The notes below the pieces were generated by a model, which saw nothing but the letters and a program-made list of their open reading frames with translations, had not been told where the DNA came from and searched no databases. A stretch of DNA of 64,000 bases from Promethearchaeia archaeon. GTDB lineage: Archaea > Asgardarchaeota > Lokiarchaeia > Sigyniarchaeales > SOKP01. The position numbers and the translations under genes were made by a program. Of this stretch, positions 58,575 through 64,000 are shown one piece after another (position 1 is the first letter of the stretch; each line of letters begins with the position of its first letter). The stretch covers positions 1-64,000 of the forward strand of contig JAHQWL010000002.1 of assembly GCA_029856155.1 (NCBI GenBank), read 5' to 3'.

Positions 58575-59159
58575 ATGATAAAATTTAAGGTCGTTGTTGC
58601 TGGAGCTAAAAATGTAGGAAAAACTAGTTTGCTTCGCCGCTTTGCTACTGGTAAATTCGAAAGATCTACATTATCTACGATTGGTGTTGATTTTGAAACA
58701 AAAAAAGTAGTTGTAGATGACACTGAGATCCTGCTTAATATTTGGGACTTCGCGGGTGAAAAGAAATTTCGCCTCCTCTTTCCTTCTTATGTGTCTGGCG
58801 CTTCTGGAGCTTTAATGTTATATGATATTACAAATGAAGACTCTCTAAATGATTTGTATGATTGGATCAATGTTATTTCTTCTGTGCCTAATTCTCCTAA
58901 AACAAAAATATTAATCGAAGCGAAGAGTGATTTAAAGAGAAAAGTAAAAAGAGAAAAAGCACTACAAATTTTTGATAAGTTTAAATTTCAAGGAGAAATG
59001 TTAAGCACTTCGGCAAAAACAGGCGAAAATGTTGAAAAAGCTTTTGAAATGTTAGGGAGAGAAATTCTTAAAAATTCATTAAAGAGATGTTCTAATTGTG
59101 GAAAACATTATCCATTAGAATTAAAATTCTGCCAATATTGTGGTTCTAAGGCAAATTAA
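58575..59159 (+). CDS. Rab-like small GTPase with C-terminal zinc ribbon
   Basis: GAKNVGKT, TIGVDF, WDFAGE, AKSD and TSAK. Tail is CSNC...CQYC. Confidence 0.92.
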   Translation: MIKFKVVVAGAKNVGKTSLLRRFATGKFERSTLSTIGVDFETKKVVVDDTEILLNIWDFAGEKKFRLLFPSYVSGASGALMLYDITNEDSLNDLYDWINVISSVPNSPKTKILIEAKSDLKRKVKREKALQIFDKFKFQGEMLSTSAKTGENVEKAFEMLGREILKNSLKRCSNCGKHYPLELKFCQYCGSKAN

Positions 59160-59334
59160 ATATCTTTTCTTGTTATTTTTTCATATCTCTTTTAATTGTT
59201 TCTCTATTTAGAATCATAAAATTATTACTAGTTCCTATAACTAGATCTTTTAAAACAATTTTTAGCTTAAACAAAAATTTATTTAACACAATTAATAAGA
59301 ACAAATATATTAATACGTTCTAAGGTTGTAAAAT

Positions 59335-60405
59335 TTGAATTATGATATTAACCAAGACATTCAAGAGATAATAAAAAGACTTAGAAAAGATAATATATCT
59401 TTTGAAGGAAAAACAATTTTAGTAACTGGGGGCGCAGGTTTTCTGGGCTCTTGGGTTTGTGATGTTCTAGTTGAACAGGGGGCACATTGTATCTGTTTAG
59501 ATAATTTATCCTCTGGGAAACCTAAAAATATATTACATTTAATGGAGAAAGACAATTTTCGCTTTATTAATCATGATATATCATATCCAATATATTTTGG
59601 GATGAGTTATCACCCATTAGGCATATGTGTAGCAGATATTAAAAAAATTGATATAATTATGCATATGGCGAGTAGAGCATCTCCTTTTGAATTTCAGGAA
59701 GAACCTATATCTATACTCAGAAGTAATACTCTAGGAACATTGAATTCTTTAGGAATTGCTAAATTCCATAATGCAATTTTCTTTTATACAAGCACATCTG
59801 AAGTCTATGGAAATCCTCCAAAAGAAGCTATTCCAACACCAGAAAGTTATTTTGGAAATGTAAATCCTGTTGGCCCTAGAAGTTGTTATGATGAATCCAA
59901 ACGAGCGGGAGAAGCTTTTATTAAAGCTTATGAACTTCAACATAAAATGAGAGCAAAAATAGTAAGGATTTTTAATACTTCAGGACCTAGGATAAGACAT
60001 GGTCCGGCGTTTGGAAGAGTTGTTCCTAATTTTATACACCAAGCACTTCATGATGAAGATATAACTGTGTTTGGAGATGGTTCACAAACGAGATCTTTTA
60101 CTTATGTTGTAGATGAAATTGAAGGCATACTAAAAATGGTATATAAAGATGAAGCTATAGGGGAAGTTATTAATTTAGGTAATAATAAAGAATATACCAT
60201 ATTAGAAATTGCTCGTATTATAAAAGAATTAGCCAACTCCAATTCAAAAATAGTTTTTAAAACATTACCTATTGATGACCCTACATATAGGTGCCCTGTT
60301 ATTACAAAAGCAAAAACCATTCTCAATTGGGAACCAATAACATCACTAGAAGAAGGATTAAAGAAAACTATTGCTTGGTTTAAAGATAATGAACGAGATA
60401 ACTAA
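59335..60405 (+). CDS. NAD-dependent epimerase/dehydratase (UDP-glucuronate decarboxylase-like)
   Basis: TGGAGFLG, ASRASP, STSEVYG, RSCYDESKR, RIFNT and GDGSQTRSF. Confidence 0.9.
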   Translation: MNYDINQDIQEIIKRLRKDNISFEGKTILVTGGAGFLGSWVCDVLVEQGAHCICLDNLSSGKPKNILHLMEKDNFRFINHDISYPIYFGMSYHPLGICVADIKKIDIIMHMASRASPFEFQEEPISILRSNTLGTLNSLGIAKFHNAIFFYTSTSEVYGNPPKEAIPTPESYFGNVNPVGPRSCYDESKRAGEAFIKAYELQHKMRAKIVRIFNTSGPRIRHGPAFGRVVPNFIHQALHDEDITVFGDGSQTRSFTYVVDEIEGILKMVYKDEAIGEVINLGNNKEYTILEIARIIKELANSNSKIVFKTLPIDDPTYRCPVITKAKTILNWEPITSLEEGLKKTIAWFKDNERDN

Positions 60406-60907
60406 GAAAAATGAAAAAAAAGACCTAAATATCTCTAATAAACATTTTGAGATAGTACTTAAAATTAGTCTGATTATTGGGATCCTTATCGTTTCAGGTT
60501 TTATTGTCTATTATTTATTAACTCCCGAACCCGGTGATATTACATTTGGAATTTTAAATGAAGATAAAAGAGCAGAAAACTACCAAACTGTAGCATCTGT
60601 TAATGAGACTATTTCATTTCATTTAACTGTTGGAAATCATTTAGATAGAAATTTTACATTCGGATTTAAAATAAAGAAAGGTAATAATAATACTATATTG
60701 AGCTCATCTGGCTCAAATGGAACATTATATCTCACACTAGGAAATTTTACTTTGAAGCCTAATCAAGGGAAAATTTATGGGAATTATTCTATATCATTTG
60801 CAGAAGCAGGAGTAAATCAGAAAATTATTGCCGAATTGTGGGAAATAAAAAATAAAACTGAAGAATATTTTGATATCTTATATCTACGGCTAAATATAAC
60901 TAATTAA
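60389..60907 (+). CDS. Single-pass membrane protein, DUF1616-like
   Basis: One TM helix followed by FGIL....AENY....GNH and terminal LYLRLNIT. Start set at ATG 60389. Confidence 0.65.
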   Translation: MNEITKKNEKKDLNISNKHFEIVLKISLIIGILIVSGFIVYYLLTPEPGDITFGILNEDKRAENYQTVASVNETISFHLTVGNHLDRNFTFGFKIKKGNNNTILSSSGSNGTLYLTLGNFTLKPNQGKIYGNYSISFAEAGVNQKIIAELWEIKNKTEEYFDILYLRLNITN

Positions 60908-62277
60908 TTTGCTCCTCCAATTACGCCCACAGATTTTATTTTTACCCATGGAGCTTGAAATGCTCCATAAATCCTATATTCTTTTGAAACAGCATCAATA
61001 TTTTGGAATAAATCTATCAAATTTATTCCTATCATTGTTTCATTCAGCGATTCCTTTATCTCTCCGTCTTTTATTAGATTTCCATGAAGAATTAATCCAG
61101 AAAAGTCACCAGTTGAGATATTAGGAGAATCTCCTGTATAATTTAATATAATTCCGTTTTTTGTATCTTTAATAATTTCTTCTAAGTTTATAAGTCCTGG
61201 TTTCATAATAAAATTTGTAATCCCAATTGATGGGATTGAATTATATGAACTCCGAGAAGCATTTCCGGTACTTTCAACGTCTTCTTTTCCGGCGGTATAA
61301 CTGTTATGTAATAATCCGGTTTTTAGAAAATTTCCATTCTCAAAGATCTTTTTATTTTTACAAGGGACTCCTTCATCATCAAATATCTGAGAACCAGCTG
61401 CATCATGAATCAATCCATTATCTTCTATATTTAAAAACTCTGAACCTATTTTTTCACCCCTTTTATCTACTAAGAAGCTTCTTTTATATTGAAAAGTCTC
61501 TGCGTTAATGGCTGCAGCAACAGGTCTTAAAATTAAACTAATTGTACCTTTTGGAGTTAAAATTACTGGTACTTTCATATTTTTAATTTTCTTCCTATTA
61601 AGATTTCTTTTAGCATCTTCTAACGCCAAATTTGCGACATTTATAGCGTTCAACCTACTTAGACTTCTCTCTATTTGTCTTTCATAACCAGAAGATGTTT
61701 CTTTACTTACCTTATCCTTAACTATGATATTTGAAGATATTAAACAACTTGTATCCTTTCTGGACACATTTAAACCATTGGAATTAAAAATATATGTTTT
61801 AGAGTAACCTGAGGCAAAGTTACCAGATTGCGAAATTGCCATCTCATCATCTTTACAAATTTTAATCAAATCATTGACATAATTTATGGAATCTTCTATT
61901 TGTAAATACTTTAAATTATTATCAAATAAACCCCTCACCACGGGATAGTTTTTGAATGAACCTGGTAAATTCTTAAAATCTGGATCCGGTGTTGCAACCT
62001 TCATCATTTTGATAGCTACTCGGCATATTTTCTCTATAGTAGTTTTATCTAATTTATTTGAATATGCAAAACCTAAAGATCCATTCTTACTAATAACTCT
62101 GATTGAAAAACCATTATCCTCTCCAGTTTCACTATTTTTAATTGAATTTTCTTCGATTTCAATATTGATATAAGTATTTTTCTCAAAAAAAATATCTGAA
62201 CATTTTATCTCTGATTTCTCTTTTTCAATTAATTTCAAACAGAATTCTGCTAATGAATGAATGTCTGAATTATCCAT
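60904..62277 (-). CDS. tldE: TldE/PmbA family protein
   Basis: FDDEG, STGNA, TGDFS and terminal AP motifs. No HExxH. Adjacent to TldD. Confidence 0.9.
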   Translation of the reverse strand: MDNSDIHSLAEFCLKLIEKEKSEIKCSDIFFEKNTYINIEIEENSIKNSETGEDNGFSIRVISKNGSLGFAYSNKLDKTTIEKICRVAIKMMKVATPDPDFKNLPGSFKNYPVVRGLFDNNLKYLQIEDSINYVNDLIKICKDDEMAISQSGNFASGYSKTYIFNSNGLNVSRKDTSCLISSNIIVKDKVSKETSSGYERQIERSLSRLNAINVANLALEDAKRNLNRKKIKNMKVPVILTPKGTISLILRPVAAAINAETFQYKRSFLVDKRGEKIGSEFLNIEDNGLIHDAAGSQIFDDEGVPCKNKKIFENGNFLKTGLLHNSYTAGKEDVESTGNASRSSYNSIPSIGITNFIMKPGLINLEEIIKDTKNGIILNYTGDSPNISTGDFSGLILHGNLIKDGEIKESLNETMIGINLIDLFQNIDAVSKEYRIYGAFQAPWVKIKSVGVIGGAN

Positions 62278-63729
62278 TTAATTCAAACCCCCAACAGTTA
62301 CATCCTCTATTCGTAAATAGGGTGCTGCATCACATACTCTAACATGTTGACCACCTTTTCCACACATTCCAACTGAATAATTAAATGATTTTTCATTACC
62401 GATTGCAGAAATTTTATTTAAAGCTTCAAGAATCATGCCACTAAGAGAAACATCTCTCATGATTTCTTTTCTTTCTCCATTTTTAATCTTATATGAAATT
62501 CTGCATTTGAATTGAAAATTCCCAGTAGTTGGATCAGTATATCCATACTGAAAATCCTTACATAAAATTCCATCTTTGGTATCTTCAATTATTTCTTCTA
62601 GATTCCAATCTTTGGGTTCTATATATGTAAAGCCCATTCGTACTTGAGGTCTCTCAGAACTTACGGATGCCCTACCATGGCCATTGGGGGGTACATTCAT
62701 TCTTGAAGAAGTCTCTAAATTATGTAAATAATTTTTGAGAATACCGTTCTCAATAATTATAGTTTTTTGTGAAGGAATTCCCTCGTCATCTACAAAGTAA
62801 CAACCAAATAATTCATAGGGTAAATTAAATTGTTTACCTTGACCCATCGAGGGATTATCTATTACTGTTACTTTTTCTGAAGCAACTTTTTTACCTATCA
62901 TCCCCGCTAATATACTTTCATTGTTAAGCACTAAATCTGCTTCACAACTATGACCAAATGCTTCATGAATAATAGTTCCGGTCAATTTAGAATCTGCGAT
63001 AACCGTTAATTTGCCTCCAACTGGAGATTTAGCATTCAATAATTCTACTGCTTCTTTAGCTGTTTTTTTGCTTAAATTCATGGCTTTTTCAGTTTCAGCA
63101 ATTTCATAACCTCCAATACCCGCAACTGAGTTTACAGAACTCTGTGTAGCTCCATTTTTATTAGTAAAAACCATACAAAATAATCTTAAAAATGATAAAT
63201 CTTGAATAATATTGCTTCCAAAGGAATTTAAAAATAAGGATTGAGAGTGTCCATCCATATATAGAGTATGGGTATTTTTTACATAGGATGAATAAGCTGA
63301 GGCAATTTTTTCATGATTTTTAACCAGATTAATTTTATATTCAATATCAATATCTTCTAAATTCTTTTTCCTATCGCTCTCATAGTTTTGAATCAACGAA
63401 TCGCTTTGAGCAATTTTAAATTTAATTTTTGTTAATGATTCAGAAAGTAGAGCTAATTTAATGGCTTTCTGTAAGCTTATTTTAATAGACTCTCTTTTTA
63501 AGTCTTTCAAAACAGAAAAACCCCAACCACCATTTTTAAATGCTCTGATGCCACAATTAATAATTTCAAAAGATGAAATTTCCTTACTTTTTTGATTGGT
63601 AAAATCTAAACTAGTTCCATTATTTACTTCAGCCCTAATATCCCAATATTCAGCTTTATCGTTAGCTATTCGATTTAATTGATTAATTAAATTTTCATCA
63701 ATTCGTTTTAATTCATCTGAAATTTCCAT
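62278..63729 (-). CDS. tldD: TldD family metalloprotease
   Basis: HEAFGH zinc motif, DDEG, NGHGRA and CGKGGQ. Confidence 0.93.
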   Translation of the reverse strand: MEISDELKRIDENLINQLNRIANDKAEYWDIRAEVNNGTSLDFTNQKSKEISSFEIINCGIRAFKNGGWGFSVLKDLKRESIKISLQKAIKLALLSESLTKIKFKIAQSDSLIQNYESDRKKNLEDIDIEYKINLVKNHEKIASAYSSYVKNTHTLYMDGHSQSLFLNSFGSNIIQDLSFLRLFCMVFTNKNGATQSSVNSVAGIGGYEIAETEKAMNLSKKTAKEAVELLNAKSPVGGKLTVIADSKLTGTIIHEAFGHSCEADLVLNNESILAGMIGKKVASEKVTVIDNPSMGQGKQFNLPYELFGCYFVDDEGIPSQKTIIIENGILKNYLHNLETSSRMNVPPNGHGRASVSSERPQVRMGFTYIEPKDWNLEEIIEDTKDGILCKDFQYGYTDPTTGNFQFKCRISYKIKNGERKEIMRDVSLSGMILEALNKISAIGNEKSFNYSVGMCGKGGQHVRVCDAAPYLRIEDVTVGGLN

Positions 63730-63878
63730 CTTTCTTATAGGAGGGTTTTAAAATGTCATAATATTAATTATAGCTGAGTGATCATCAGTCTATCATCAAA
63801 AAAAGAGAAGAATAGCTTAAATACCTTACTTTTTTATCTTAGTCTTAGAAGGAAAATCTTGTATAATTCGACTCTAAT

Positions 63879-64000
63879 TTATATCTTATCCTTTAATTTC
63901 TTAACGATTGAGATTGCATCTCTAATTGAACATATTTTTGTAAATTTAGTTGAATTTTTAAACGAAAATGAATGGTTACATTTCCAACATTTTTTTGATT
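63879..64000 (-). CDS. 3' end of a small zinc-ribbon protein (DUF1922-like), truncated by the window edge
   Basis: Hand translation ...SKKCWKCNHSFSFKNSTKFTKICSIRDAISIVKKLKDKI*. Confidence 0.5.
   Translation of the reverse strand, partial: SKKCWKCNHSFSFKNSTKFTKICSIRDAISIVKKLKDKI

Noticed and set aside
63770-63800. Two TGATGA motifs and a CTGA on the minus strand upstream of tldD as a C/D box sRNA
   Set aside because: The boxes are too close together to hold guide sequences, and no terminal D box was found at a suitable distance.

Overview
AT-rich chromosomal segment of an Asgard archaeon, most likely Lokiarchaeia. This is inferred from a near-eukaryotic actin, two Rab-like GTPases, a gelsolin-like domain, an SDS22-type LRR protein and a PPP phosphatase, alongside archaeal Rpo6, EF-1beta, RIO2, Hef and an intron-containing tRNA. 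Main content: an orphan N6-adenine methyltransferase; a porG/porD/porA/porB operon split by two multi-PAS histidine kinases; MutS and MutL; dihydrolipoamide dehydrogenase; a 14-kb Hdr-MvhD-Flx-like cluster bracketed by two FrhB-like genes; actin; tRNA-Val(CAC) with two introns; Hef; and TldD/TldE. The least explained region is 32.5-35.5 kb. There an ankyrin-TIR gene lies between two copies of a ~55-bp direct repeat (51/55 identical), each inside a hairpin that carries an anti-Shine-Dalgarno tract. In copy 1 that tract is a perfect 12-nt complement of the RBS of the gene just upstream. TGATCA-centred motifs cluster on both sides of the region. A second notable candidate is a gelsolin-like domain fused to four transmembrane helices, a possible membrane anchor for actin. 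All protein calls come from recognising motifs by eye; no database search was run.
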